The position numbers and the translations under genes are program-made. Shown here piece by piece: positions 18,679 to 27,675 of a DNA stretch of 64,000 nt. Under the pieces are notes generated by a model. It was not told the origin of the DNA. It saw only the letters and a program-made list of their open reading frames with translations, and searched no databases. Within the stretch, counting starts at the first letter, position 1, and each line of letters opens with the position of its first letter. Location: assembly GCA_030696105.1 (NCBI GenBank), contig JAUYNJ010000001.1, positions 134,903 through 198,902 of the forward strand, in the 5' to 3' direction. Source of the DNA: a bacterium. Its GTDB lineage: Bacteria; Patescibacteriota; Patescibacteriia; Patescibacteriales; UBA12465.

Positions 18679-19818
18679 ATGACCAACAAACTCAAGGCGC
18701 TTATTGCGACAACTGCCACCATCCTCCTCTTTGCCCCCTTTATTGCGGACGCAGCCGAGGTAAAATCGCAAAACAATATTTATGTGCCTGCAGGCGAAAC
18801 AATTGATGGCAATTTATATGCTGCCGGCAACAATATCACGATTGACGGAGAAATAAAAGGCGATCTAATTGCCGCCGCTCAAACAATCACCGTCAACGGC
18901 CGTCTTGATGGCGACCTTATTGCCGCCGCTCAAACTATTACTATTAACGGGGAAATCAACGGTAACGTGAGAATCGCTGCTAATAGCGCCAGCCTCAATG
19001 GTGTGGTTGCTCGCAATGTTAACTTTATTGGTAATTCAATTGCCCTTGGTAAAAATGCGAGAGTTGGCTGGGATTTACTAAGCGCCGCCATGAACACCGA
19101 CATTATGGGCGTGATTGACGGGAACGTCTACGGTGAGGGTGACAATATAATACTCTCAGGTAAAATCGGAAAGAACTTTAGTTTTCTCAGTGATAACCGT
19201 AATCGCAACATCACCCTAGCGCCTCAAGCAACCATTAATGGCAACCTGACCTACGGCGAGGGCACAAATATAAATATACAAGATGGCGCTAGTGTCGCCG
19301 GTGAAGTTAATCCTGTTAAACAAGAAAGCAAGAGTGGCAGCAAGGCGATGAACAAGCTCTGGTCAATAATATACAGTATTTTCGCCGCAATTGTGATTGG
19401 TTTAGTGATAATTAAACCAGGCAGAAAAATTGCGCTAGGGATGAATAATATAATCAGACAACAGCCGGGTATGGTTTTTGTCTGGGGACTTCTCACCTTC
19501 CTCGTCGTGCCGATGGGTGCTTTAATTTTAATATTCACCATCATCGGCGCACCGCTAGCTATAATCTTGCTTGGTCTATGGTTAATGATGTTATGGATAG
19601 GTAAAATTATTACCGCGATATTTGTTGGTCAAACCTTGGTCGCTCGCTTTAGTCGTGGCGAAGAAAACTCCAAAACTTTAACCGTTGGCTTAATGATTGG
19701 TGTTATCATTCTCTGGTTGCTGTTCGCTATTCCATTTGTTGGTTGGCTCATTTCTCTTGCTGCAACCTGCCTTGGCACCGGTGCCCTTATTCTCTTATTT
19801 ACAAGCCGTAACTCTTAA
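18679..19818 (+). CDS. Secreted/membrane protein with bactofilin-like beta-helix repeats and a C-terminal TM bundle
   Basis: Signal peptide, repeated GDLIAAAQTITxNG units, about 5 TM helices with TIIGAPLA and IPFVGWL. Confidence 0.8.
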   Translation: MTNKLKALIATTATILLFAPFIADAAEVKSQNNIYVPAGETIDGNLYAAGNNITIDGEIKGDLIAAAQTITVNGRLDGDLIAAAQTITINGEINGNVRIAANSASLNGVVARNVNFIGNSIALGKNARVGWDLLSAAMNTDIMGVIDGNVYGEGDNIILSGKIGKNFSFLSDNRNRNITLAPQATINGNLTYGEGTNINIQDGASVAGEVNPVKQESKSGSKAMNKLWSIIYSIFAAIVIGLVIIKPGRKIALGMNNIIRQQPGMVFVWGLLTFLVVPMGALILIFTIIGAPLAIILLGLWLMMLWIGKIITAIFVGQTLVARFSRGEENSKTLTVGLMIGVIILWLLFAIPFVGWLISLAATCLGTGALILLFTSRNS

Positions 19819-19822
19819 TACC

Positions 19823-21202
19823 ATGTTTAATCCTTCAATTTTTAAAGCATACGACATCCGCGGTATTTACGAAACGGACTTTGATTTAAGTTTTGTCACC
19901 CGTCTCGCTTACGCCTTCGTCGCTCTACGTCGTCTTGATGGCGACAGTGATGTGAGTAAACCCTTAACCATTGTTGTTGCTCGTGATATGCGACTCAGCT
20001 CACCGGCAATCAGTGAAGTTCTAATCGCTGGTCTGCAAAGTGCTGGCGCAAAAGTAATAGATGCCGGTCTTCTCTCTACCCCCGCTTTCTACTTCACTGT
20101 TTCCAATCAAAAAGCGGATGGCGGTATTATGGTCAGTGCCTCTCACAACCCAAAGGAGTGGAATGGTTTTAAGATGGTGCGCGCCATGAGTCGTCCAATA
20201 AGCGGCGATAGCGGTATTAACTGGATGCGCGATGAAATCCTAAAAAGCGAAGAGTTTGATATTATCGAAGAAGAGCACCTAGCAGTTACTTCGCTCGCTA
20301 ACGCTGCCGAAGCACAATTGACACATGATTTGGAACACATTGATGTTAACATCATCAAACCTCTGCGCGTAGTGGCCGACGCTGCAAACAGCATGGGCGC
20401 TCAATATTTAGATTTACTTGCCTCAAAATTACCAATACAACTTGAAAAATTAAACTTCACGCTTGACGGTTCATTTCCAGCTCATGAAGCCGACCCTTTA
20501 AAGAGCGAAAATTTAGAGCAACTGAGTCAGACTGTAAAAAAGGCAGGTGCCGATCTCGGTATTGCGACGGATGGTGACGGAGACCGCATCTTCTTTGTTG
20601 ACGAAAAAGGAGTGCTTGTTGATCCTTCAATAATTCGAGGCCTACTCGCACAAATTTTCTTAAAAGATAAACCTGGCAGTAAAATTTGTTATGATGTCAG
20701 GCCCGGTAAAATCACTGTCGACTTGATCACGGCCAGCGGCGGCATTCCAGTACCTTCTCGCGTTGGCCACTCCTTAATTAAAGAACAGATGCTCGCTGAA
20801 AACGCCTACTTCGCCGGCGAGTCTTCCGGTCATTTCTTTCTAAATTTAGAAGTTGGCTGTTATGAAATGCCAATGATTATGATCGGCAAACTCCTCGCCC
20901 TCTTCTCAGCGACCGAACTACCATTGTCTGAGTTCTTAAAACCATATAGGCGTTATTTCCACTCCGGAGAAATAAACCGCAGTGTTAAAGATAAGGATAA
21001 AATATTTCAGCTCTTACAGGAAAATTACAGTGACGGTGACATCAGCTTACTAGACGGTGTTAGCATCACTTATCCAAACTTTTGGTTCAATGTTCGCGGC
21101 TCAAATACAGAAGATAAGGTGCGCTTAAATCTCGAAGCTGATTCCTCTGATGTAATGACCACCAGAAGAGATGAGGTATTACAACTGATTGAAAACTCTT
21201 AA
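19823..21202 (+). CDS. Phosphomannomutase/phosphoglucomutase
   Basis: FKAYDIRG, SASHNP, DGDGDR, GESSGH, VRGSNTE; start at ATG 19823. Confidence 0.95.
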   Translation: MFNPSIFKAYDIRGIYETDFDLSFVTRLAYAFVALRRLDGDSDVSKPLTIVVARDMRLSSPAISEVLIAGLQSAGAKVIDAGLLSTPAFYFTVSNQKADGGIMVSASHNPKEWNGFKMVRAMSRPISGDSGINWMRDEILKSEEFDIIEEEHLAVTSLANAAEAQLTHDLEHIDVNIIKPLRVVADAANSMGAQYLDLLASKLPIQLEKLNFTLDGSFPAHEADPLKSENLEQLSQTVKKAGADLGIATDGDGDRIFFVDEKGVLVDPSIIRGLLAQIFLKDKPGSKICYDVRPGKITVDLITASGGIPVPSRVGHSLIKEQMLAENAYFAGESSGHFFLNLEVGCYEMPMIMIGKLLALFSATELPLSEFLKPYRRYFHSGEINRSVKDKDKIFQLLQENYSDGDISLLDGVSITYPNFWFNVRGSNTEDKVRLNLEADSSDVMTTRRDEVLQLIENS

Positions 21203-21214
21203 GTTTTACAAAAT

Positions 21215-21244
21215 AAAAAGAGCGCTGAACAAGCGCTCTTTTTT
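21215..21244. terminator. Bidirectional intrinsic terminator
   Basis: AAAAAGAGCGCT-GAACA-AGCGCTCTTTTTT. Confidence 0.85.
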
Positions 21245-21253
21245 GTATCGTTT

Positions 21254-21529
21254 TTATTTCTTAACAACAACAATGCTGCCCTTGTTTAGTAAGGCGGCTA
21301 ACGCACCGACGGCGGCGAGCACTGGAGCAAATACTGCGCCAATAACTGCAAAAGTGACTGGAATTTCCATCATTACCTTGCCTTTTTCATTTTTGATAAT
21401 AATGCGGCGAACATTACCTTCTTTAATAAGCTTTTTTATCTTCTCCACTAGCTCATGTCCAGCAACTGAAAACTCCTCGAACTGATCGTCGGTTGATGAG
21501 TTTTTTGTTTTTGTTTTTTTTGCCTGCAT
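21254..21529 (-). CDS. DUF4342-like small protein
   Basis: LVEKIKKLIKEGNVRRIIIK...EIPVT plus a hydrophobic Ala/Gly tail; start uncertain (21529 or 21574). Confidence 0.8.
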   Translation of the reverse strand: MQAKKTKTKNSSTDDQFEEFSVAGHELVEKIKKLIKEGNVRRIIIKNEKGKVMMEIPVTFAVIGAVFAPVLAAVGALAALLNKGSIVVVKK

Positions 21530-21554
21530 ATAAATGCTTATAGTTTTAATTTTA

Positions 21555-22346
21555 TTATTGTTGATTATATTCATCTATATCCTCCGACTCCTCTATCACC
21601 TGCCTCGAACTCTCCTTATCATGATTACCATTTGTTTCGCCGTTATTAATTTCGTTCTTCCCACTCTTTTTTAAAGATGAAAAAACAATATACATCATTT
21701 CTAACTGATTGATTATAGAGCGCACAAAGAAGTCTTGATCTTTGTTGTTCAGCTTGGCCGATAATATACAATAAGCTTTGATGTTAATATTTTCTTGCTC
21801 AGATTTCACAATTGTACACCTATCATCTTTACACTTACCAGATATAATTTCGCTATTTTCAATCTTGCCATAATTAATATCCTGATTGTTGCGAGAAAAC
21901 TTATCTTCGCGAATTGTACGTCCGTTTTTCATGTCAATGACGCGGATAATGACCCAGTCAGTGTTAACCATGCTGAGTATTTTTTCAGCAAAGTATGCAA
22001 ACACGGTACGAATATCTTTTTTATTCTCCGGGTACTTTTTAAAATTCGAAAAGGCCTGCCTCATTTCTTCCATCTGCAAATTTACAGAACCAATATACTT
22101 AAAGGTGTCTTGTAGTCTGTCCTCAAGATTAACTTGATAACGATGAAGGCGCCAATATTCTTTTAGGCACATTGAGTTAATAAAAAAAGCGGCGGCTAGT
22201 AGGCCGCCGATAATTAATGACTCTGCAACCTCTTCGCCAAAGCCAAGGATTGGTCCATTAATAATCTGCGGAATTGCAGCTGATACGAAAAAAATAAGAG
22301 CTAAAACACTAAAGAAAAGTATTCTGCGACTATATAGATATTTCAT
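21555..22346 (-). CDS. Hypothetical membrane protein (two TM helices plus coiled coil)
   Basis: Long ORF with N-terminal hydrophobic segments; start uncertain (22346 or 22367). Confidence 0.7.
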   Translation of the reverse strand: MKYLYSRRILFFSVLALIFFVSAAIPQIINGPILGFGEEVAESLIIGGLLAAAFFINSMCLKEYWRLHRYQVNLEDRLQDTFKYIGSVNLQMEEMRQAFSNFKKYPENKKDIRTVFAYFAEKILSMVNTDWVIIRVIDMKNGRTIREDKFSRNNQDINYGKIENSEIISGKCKDDRCTIVKSEQENINIKAYCILSAKLNNKDQDFFVRSIINQLEMMYIVFSSLKKSGKNEINNGETNGNHDKESSRQVIEESEDIDEYNQQ

Positions 22347-22437
22347 ATAATCTATCTTCTTTATCAAATATTAAGCTTACAATGTCATTATAGCTTTTTT
22401 AACATTAAAATGTAACACAAGCGACTTACTCAAACGA

Positions 22438-23565
22438 CTAGGCCTTCACGCTCTCTCCTTTTTTATCAAATAATAGCCAAACTGCTAAAACCGTGGCAAT
22501 AGGCATCGTTAGACACAGACCAATAACTCCAACTAAGCCGCGCACAATTTCAGTGGCAATCTCTTCGTGATTAATAACCTGTGAAAAACTTAAGAATGGC
22601 GCGCTGTTAATTTTAAATAACAGAATTAGCGGCAGGGAAGCGCCAACGTAGGCAAGAAATAAAGTATTAATGATTGCACCGAGATGCGCCCGCCCAATTG
22701 TCATAGCTGATTTAAACAAGTTTACTTTTGATTGATTTGGATTATTTAAGCGCAACTGTTCAACGGCCTCAATTTGACCGATTGCAATATCATCAAGCAC
22801 ACCGAGGGCGCCGATAATAATCGCCGCGAGAAGTAATCCTTGAAAATTCAAGGCCGCAATATTGTCACCTATTAAATATATTACCTCCTCGCTCGAGGTG
22901 CCACTTAAGCGAGTTAAGTTTACAAACAGCCAGGAAAGTAGAAAGGTAATAATTAAAGCAACAAAAATACTCAACATCGCAATATGCGCCTTACGATTGA
23001 ACCCATCAGTTATGTATATCAGGGCCGCAAGAATTAAAATCGTTGCAATTGGACCGATAATTATTGGGTTATAGCCGGCAAGAATTAATGGGGCAAGGAA
23101 TTCTAGAATCAACATGAAACTAATTACCAGTGCCAGTAGGGAGCGCCAGCCAACTTTTCCACCAATTAGACCAACAACAATTACGAACAGAATAACTAAA
23201 ATTATCAAACCGCGTTCGCGCACGAAGTCTGTAATATATACCACTCTATTGTTTTGCTCATCATACTCTATGCTTACAAAAACGATGTCTCCAGCTTTAT
23301 ATAGACGTGAAGATACGACATCAATAGTACTTATACCCTTAAACTCAAGTGTTTCACCCTTAGTGGTGCCACCAAGACTCACGAGCTCGACGTTTTGCTG
23401 TGTGATTACATCGCCGTTTTCACGGGTAATTGTTCTTTCGTCAAGAATACGCGTCACACGCGCCTTTACACTTTCTGCTTGAGTGATGGTTTGAGCCTGT
23501 GCAATGGGCACGACAAAAAAGAATAGAAAAAAAAGAAGCAAAACTGAAAGTGACTTTCTCAACAT
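22438..23565 (-). CDS. YibE/F-family membrane protein
   Basis: IIGALGVLDD, INTLFLAYVGASLPL, EIVRGLVG. Confidence 0.9.
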   Translation of the reverse strand: MLRKSLSVLLLFFLFFFVVPIAQAQTITQAESVKARVTRILDERTITRENGDVITQQNVELVSLGGTTKGETLEFKGISTIDVVSSRLYKAGDIVFVSIEYDEQNNRVVYITDFVRERGLIILVILFVIVVGLIGGKVGWRSLLALVISFMLILEFLAPLILAGYNPIIIGPIATILILAALIYITDGFNRKAHIAMLSIFVALIITFLLSWLFVNLTRLSGTSSEEVIYLIGDNIAALNFQGLLLAAIIIGALGVLDDIAIGQIEAVEQLRLNNPNQSKVNLFKSAMTIGRAHLGAIINTLFLAYVGASLPLILLFKINSAPFLSFSQVINHEEIATEIVRGLVGVIGLCLTMPIATVLAVWLLFDKKGESVKA

Positions 23566-23583
23566 AATCTCAATGCTTATTAA

Positions 23584-24420
23584 TTAAGCAGATAATAGGC
23601 TTTTTTCTAAGGCCTCAATTTCTTTTAGACCTTCTAAGTAAAAACTTTTCATTGGTCCTTCTTCACTGATAATGCCCTCGCAATATAAATACCAATCAGT
23701 TAGAAATGGCTGTTTATTTTTATCAATCATAATTGTTCCACCAGCTGGGTTATGGTGAATGTATCCTTTTTCGGCCGCTTCTCTATATACCACTTTTACC
23801 TTTTCAAGTATTTCTAAAAGCTCAGTAATATCAATACTCTCGCGTGCAGTCATTACCTCTTCTGAAAAATCTGGGCCCTCGACGTACTCCATTAACAGGG
23901 AACCATTTAGGCCGTCGTAAGCAGCACCATAAAACTTAGGGATTCCTTTCGTACCTTGTAAGGCTGCCATTGCCTTTGCCTCGTTATATAAATAATCGAC
24001 CACCAGTTTATCATCTTTATGATCGGCGTGATTAATAAGCTCATACCTCGGTTCTGAATCCATTTTTTGAGGCACCTCACCCATATTCACCAAAGCAAAA
24101 CGTCTCTCGATTTCTTTTACCTCAGAATAAGTGCGTTCAATTACATCAAACTCTTGTCCGTTTTCACGACTTTTTACGCGTAATTTAAACAGAGGGCCGA
24201 ACGAGCCACCACTACAAGCCTCTCTTTCACTTAATAAATCAAAGCCGTTTCTTCTAAGAACGTCACGCACCTTGTTTAAGTCGGGTAACTCTAGCTTGCC
24301 TTCTTGGTTTTCCGGCCCCTCAAGCGCTTTAAGTTGTTCGGCACTAATACCAATGTCATTTACATGTAACAATATCAGCTCTTCCTGTCCGTCTAGTTGG
24401 ATATTTTTCTTGCGCGCCAT
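23584..24420 (-). CDS. Protein-kinase-like fold protein (degenerate catalytic loop)
   Basis: GGSFGPLFK, NEAKAM, IPKFYG, LLMEYVEG, GYIHHN, FLTDW. Confidence 0.65.
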   Translation of the reverse strand: MARKKNIQLDGQEELILLHVNDIGISAEQLKALEGPENQEGKLELPDLNKVRDVLRRNGFDLLSEREACSGGSFGPLFKLRVKSRENGQEFDVIERTYSEVKEIERRFALVNMGEVPQKMDSEPRYELINHADHKDDKLVVDYLYNEAKAMAALQGTKGIPKFYGAAYDGLNGSLLMEYVEGPDFSEEVMTARESIDITELLEILEKVKVVYREAAEKGYIHHNPAGGTIMIDKNKQPFLTDWYLYCEGIISEEGPMKSFYLEGLKEIEALEKSLLSA

Positions 24421-24556
24421 ATATGTAAATTGTTTATATATCGTTATTTAATCTTACCTTATCTGCAAATTTAAGCCAATACTAATACTTCTATGAAACC
24501 AGCATTATTGCCAAAAAATTTCTAAGAGGATAGACTGTAATTAAATCGAAATAGTC

Positions 24557-25222
24557 ATGAAAAAGTTCGTTAAAAATCTGATCAGCATTTTTATGCTGTT
24601 ATTATTTTGGCTGATTGGCTGGTGGTTGTTTCGAGTAAGAAATAAAACTACCATTATCGGCCTTGAGAATCTTCCCAAACAAACAGGCTTACTGCTCCTG
24701 TCTAACCATCAAAGTTTGGTTGACTCGATGCTCATTGGTTACGCCCTGTTTGATCCTCATGAAATTCTGAGTCGCTACCGCCAAATTCCTTGGAATGCGG
24801 CCGCCTGGGAAAACTTTTTTCATAAAAAAGTATTTCTGCGCACATTCTGTTATTTTTTGAAAACAATCCCTGCTTACCGTCAACTCGGAGCTGAGTTAGC
24901 TAATCAAAATATTCGGGAGTACGACGAAATCCTTAAGCATGGCAATTTACTTTTGTTCTTTGAAGGCACACGCAGTCGCAACGGTGATATTGGTCCCTGT
25001 GCCTATGGCCCAGCGAAAATCATCGCCATGCGTCAACCAACAACCATCCCCATTAAAATTGAGGGAATGGACAAGGTAATGCCTATCAGTGCTGGTTTTA
25101 AATGGCATCACATTAAGGGTGGCAAAAAGATTACAATCAAAGTCGGCAAACCGATGGAGTTTCAATCTTTAACCCTTGATGACATTCGCCAAACTGTACT
25201 GAGTAGTGTAAAAAATCTCTAG
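24557..25222 (+). CDS. Lysophospholipid acyltransferase (PlsC family)
   Basis: GLENLP, SNHQSLVD (HX4D), FFEGTRS. Confidence 0.9.
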   Translation: MKKFVKNLISIFMLLLFWLIGWWLFRVRNKTTIIGLENLPKQTGLLLLSNHQSLVDSMLIGYALFDPHEILSRYRQIPWNAAAWENFFHKKVFLRTFCYFLKTIPAYRQLGAELANQNIREYDEILKHGNLLLFFEGTRSRNGDIGPCAYGPAKIIAMRQPTTIPIKIEGMDKVMPISAGFKWHHIKGGKKITIKVGKPMEFQSLTLDDIRQTVLSSVKNL

Positions 25223-25310
25223 CCCGTTTACTCTTGTAGCGGGCTTTTTGATAATTGAAAAGGCCTCGAAGAATATTTTTCGAGGCCTCGCTTTATTTTT
25301 TTGTGTGGGT

Positions 25311-25763
25311 TTATTTGGTAACCCGCACTTGAATTGGCTTAAAGCGGATAAACATGTCCGTTGTGCCAGGAATCAGCATTTCAGGCTCACCTGTTGGTGA
25401 AAAAGTTTTAAGTTCCGATTCCGGTCTAACTTTTTTGTCACCTGTTTTATAAATGTCTATCACCATCCGCACTGCCCCGGTTGTCTCGTTTTTTGAAGTT
25501 AAAACTACAACTTTATCGGCGGTGAAGGTTTCACCGGCATAAGTATAGTCAATATAGTAGTTCTTTGTTACTATAATTTTTTTATACCTGTCGCCTCGGC
25601 GGATATGCTTGGGCACGTTAATTGTCTTACCGTCCGCGTCGATGAACGTGTGGGCATCCATAATTGTAAAAAATTCATCCGTTGGTGGTGGACATGTTAC
25701 TTTCACATTAAACATGGTTGTTAATGTTTCGTAGCGTGGTCCGGTGTTTGTTTTCGTTTCCAT
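25311..25763 (-). CDS. Hypothetical protein (150 aa), unit 1 of the accessory array
   Basis: ORF bounded by its own promoter (25905-25877) and a hairpin at about 25261-25289. Confidence 0.75.
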   Translation of the reverse strand: METKTNTGPRYETLTTMFNVKVTCPPPTDEFFTIMDAHTFIDADGKTINVPKHIRRGDRYKKIIVTKNYYIDYTYAGETFTADKVVVLTSKNETTGAVRMVIDIYKTGDKKVRPESELKTFSPTGEPEMLIPGTTDMFIRFKPIQVRVTK

Positions 25764-25795
25764 TTGCTGTTTTTTTTGTTTGGTTTGATGATTAA

Positions 25796-25845
25796 TTGGA
25801 TTGATTGCTAAACCTACGAATTCATAGGCTTGGCAATCAATCCAA
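25796..25845. repeat. Imperfect inverted repeat in the leader (copy 1)
   Basis: TTGGATTGATTGC...GCAATCAATCCAA, a 50-nt hairpin homologous to 26755-26810 and 27394-27448. Confidence 0.8.
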
Positions 25846-25855
25846 GAAACAGCAT

Positions 25856-25905
25856 TTGTAAATGAACCAACCGTTTATAATATCATATAATTGAAATATT
25901 GTCAA
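25856..25905 (-). promoter_or_regulatory. Promoter plus boxA-like motif
   Basis: TTGACA(25905-25900)-17-TGA-TATTAT(25882-25877); GGTTCATTTACAA(25868-25856). Confidence 0.7.
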
Positions 25906-25934
25906 TGTTTGGCTTTTGATACTATTATTACAAT

Positions 25935-26192
25935 AAAAAAGAGGGTTAATTACTTAACCCCCGTAACTCAGAACTCATTGAACTGCTTTCGAGGTTATTT
26001 CACTCTATTCGCTCCTTCGATCAACAGGGACGGTATTTAACATTTAGACTCCGCTAAAGCTGGCGCATTAGCTTCACAGTCTCCCGTCTATTCTACACAT
26101 TGTTAATCTATCTTTAAGCCAACATACGGGAGTCGGACCCGCGGACATCAATTTGATGTTTGTGCCCCTTGCACTATATTGTTTCTGAATTA
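25935..26192 (-). ncRNA. Candidate structured ncRNA with a tRNA-like 5' domain
   Basis: Promoter TTGACA(26227-26222)-17-TAATAT; closing helix AATTCAGAA/TTCTGAGTT; D-like and T-like arms; terminator GGGTTAAG-TAA-TTAACCC-TCTTTTTT; no ORF of 60 aa or more. Confidence 0.55.
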
Positions 26193-26339
26193 ATTAAAAT
26201 ATTATACAGATATTTGTTGTTTGTCAATAAAAAAGACCCAAATTTCTTCAGGCCTTATGGTGTTTCATATCTCTCGCCTATTTGTGAACCGAGACTCATT
26301 TTCAACGTTTCTATGAATTTGCATCACAGGCCTTTTAGG

Positions 26340-26732
26340 TTAGCGGATTGCCGTGAATTTTTCGAGTATATCTTCGAATTTTTCCGGCATTCTTATGCTT
26401 TGTCTGGCAATAGACTCGGATAATCCAGCTTCTATTAAGTCTTGCGCGGACAGTGATGAGTAAACCAACACCTTAAGAGACGAACTTATTTTCTGAAGTA
26501 TCTTAATAAGATGTATTCCAGATTCGTAGCCGCGATTTATTGTCGGCTTAGGGTGGTTTAATAAACTTAGAGGAACAAAGGGGTCAATAATCAAAAAATC
26601 AATTTGCTCGATGTTTTCCAATATTTCCTGTTCGTGTTGAAAAAACAGAACATTAAAACCCTTCCACTTCAGCTGTTCGCCAATACACTGCCTTATAGAC
26701 AGTGAGTCGATTATAATTACCACATTTTTCAT
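26340..26732 (-). CDS. Stand-alone response-regulator receiver-like protein, unit 2
   Basis: MKNVVIIIDS...IDFLIIDP...SGIHLIKIL...KVLVYSS receiver pattern; start at ATG 26732. Confidence 0.7.
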   Translation of the reverse strand: MKNVVIIIDSLSIRQCIGEQLKWKGFNVLFFQHEQEILENIEQIDFLIIDPFVPLSLLNHPKPTINRGYESGIHLIKILQKISSSLKVLVYSSLSAQDLIEAGLSESIARQSIRMPEKFEDILEKFTAIR

Positions 26733-26754
26733 GACTCCGTTTTTTTTGTTTAAC

Positions 26755-26810
26755 AATCGGGTTAATTGTTAAAGTCACTAATCATAGAAACCTTAATAAT
26801 TAACCTGATT
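26755..26810. repeat. Imperfect inverted repeat in the leader (copy 2)
   Basis: AATCGGGTTAATTGTTAA...TTAATAATTAACCTGATT. Confidence 0.8.
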
Positions 26811-26816
26811 ACTGTT

Positions 26817-26874
26817 TGTAAAGGAGCGAGTATATATAACAAAATATTATGTAAAACAAATACTATTTTGTCAA
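26817..26874 (-). promoter_or_regulatory. Promoter plus boxA-like motif
   Basis: TTGACA(26874-26869)-17-CATAAT(26851-26846); GCTCCTTTACA(26827-26817). Confidence 0.65.
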
Positions 26875-27075
26875 TCACTTTGTCCTATTTAACCTGGTAG
26901 GCTTAATTTTGTGTTGGTATATGTAATAAATGCGCGTCTTCGGCTCGTCTTTGTTAAACAGGTTCGTTAAACGTAAGTCTTGGCAAACCTTTTTATTGGA
27001 GTATTTAGTTAAATAAAAAACTACCTCAACCTTAATGGTATATTGGTAGTAATTAATTGCTTCATGCCTTAGAGG

Positions 27076-27369
27076 CTACACTCTCACGTAATTCATAGGT
27101 TGAGAATATCCAACACCACCGCCTTCGGACGCCCATTTTACCCACAACACAGGTTCTCCCTCAGTAAATTCCATAGGTGCGACACCTTGAACCTCACCAA
27201 TGCCCTCCATGTTGGGGTGTGTAACTTTCATCCCATGTTTGGCGGGAATCACTTTTCCATCCTTATTAGGGATTAAAAAATGCTTGCAAGCCGCGTTTGA
27301 GATGTCAACCACAAATGCGTGATCCGTGTGCGCGGTAACCTTAATTTTATTAACACTTTTTTTAGGCAT
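27076..27369 (-). CDS. Hypothetical protein (97 aa), unit 3
   Basis: Start ATG 27369 preceded by AGGAGG; own promoter. Confidence 0.7.
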   Translation of the reverse strand: MPKKSVNKIKVTAHTDHAFVVDISNAACKHFLIPNKDGKVIPAKHGMKVTHPNMEGIGEVQGVAPMEFTEGEPVLWVKWASEGGGVGYSQPMNYVRV

Positions 27370-27393
27370 GTACCCTCCTTTTTTAGTGTAAAC

Positions 27394-27448
27394 AATCAGA
27401 TTAATTATTAAATCTACTATTTCAATAAAATTGACAACTAACCTCATT
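27394..27448. repeat. Imperfect inverted repeat in the leader (copy 3)
   Basis: AATCAGATTAATTATTAA...TTGACAACTAACCTCATT; aligns with copies 1 and 2. Confidence 0.7.
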
Positions 27449-27455
27449 ATTACTC

Positions 27456-27507
27456 TTAAATGAACCGCTTAACCGAAAATAATAATGTATAACTACAGTT
27501 GTGTCAA
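27456..27507 (-). promoter_or_regulatory. Promoter plus boxA-like motif
   Basis: TTGACA(27507-27502)-17-TATTAT(27484-27479); GGTTCATTTAA(27466-27456). Confidence 0.65.
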
Positions 27508-27675
27508 ACTGCCGTCCACCCTACACTTATAAATAATAATCCAGTTGAGGCTGGATTTTCTTATTACAGGAGGGGGCTACTCTTAAAAGTTGGATAGCTT
27601 TTTTGATGAATTATTTGGTGAAATTATAAAGGCCTTTGATATGATCTCTGGCCAAATATATAAATTTTTATCCTT

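Noticed and set aside
18571-18776. Apparent head-to-head overlap of elp3 and the beta-helix gene
   Set aside because: Artefact of longest-ORF starts; likely starts at 18623 (-) and 18679 (+) leave a short divergent promoter region.
18856-18962. Near-direct DNA repeat (ATTGCCGCCGCTCAAAC twice)
   Set aside because: Explained by in-frame beta-helix protein repeats.
26117-26183. Functional tRNA gene
   Set aside because: No 7-nt anticodon loop on a 5-bp stem, a poor acceptor stem and a T loop reading UCC; kept only as a tRNA-like domain.
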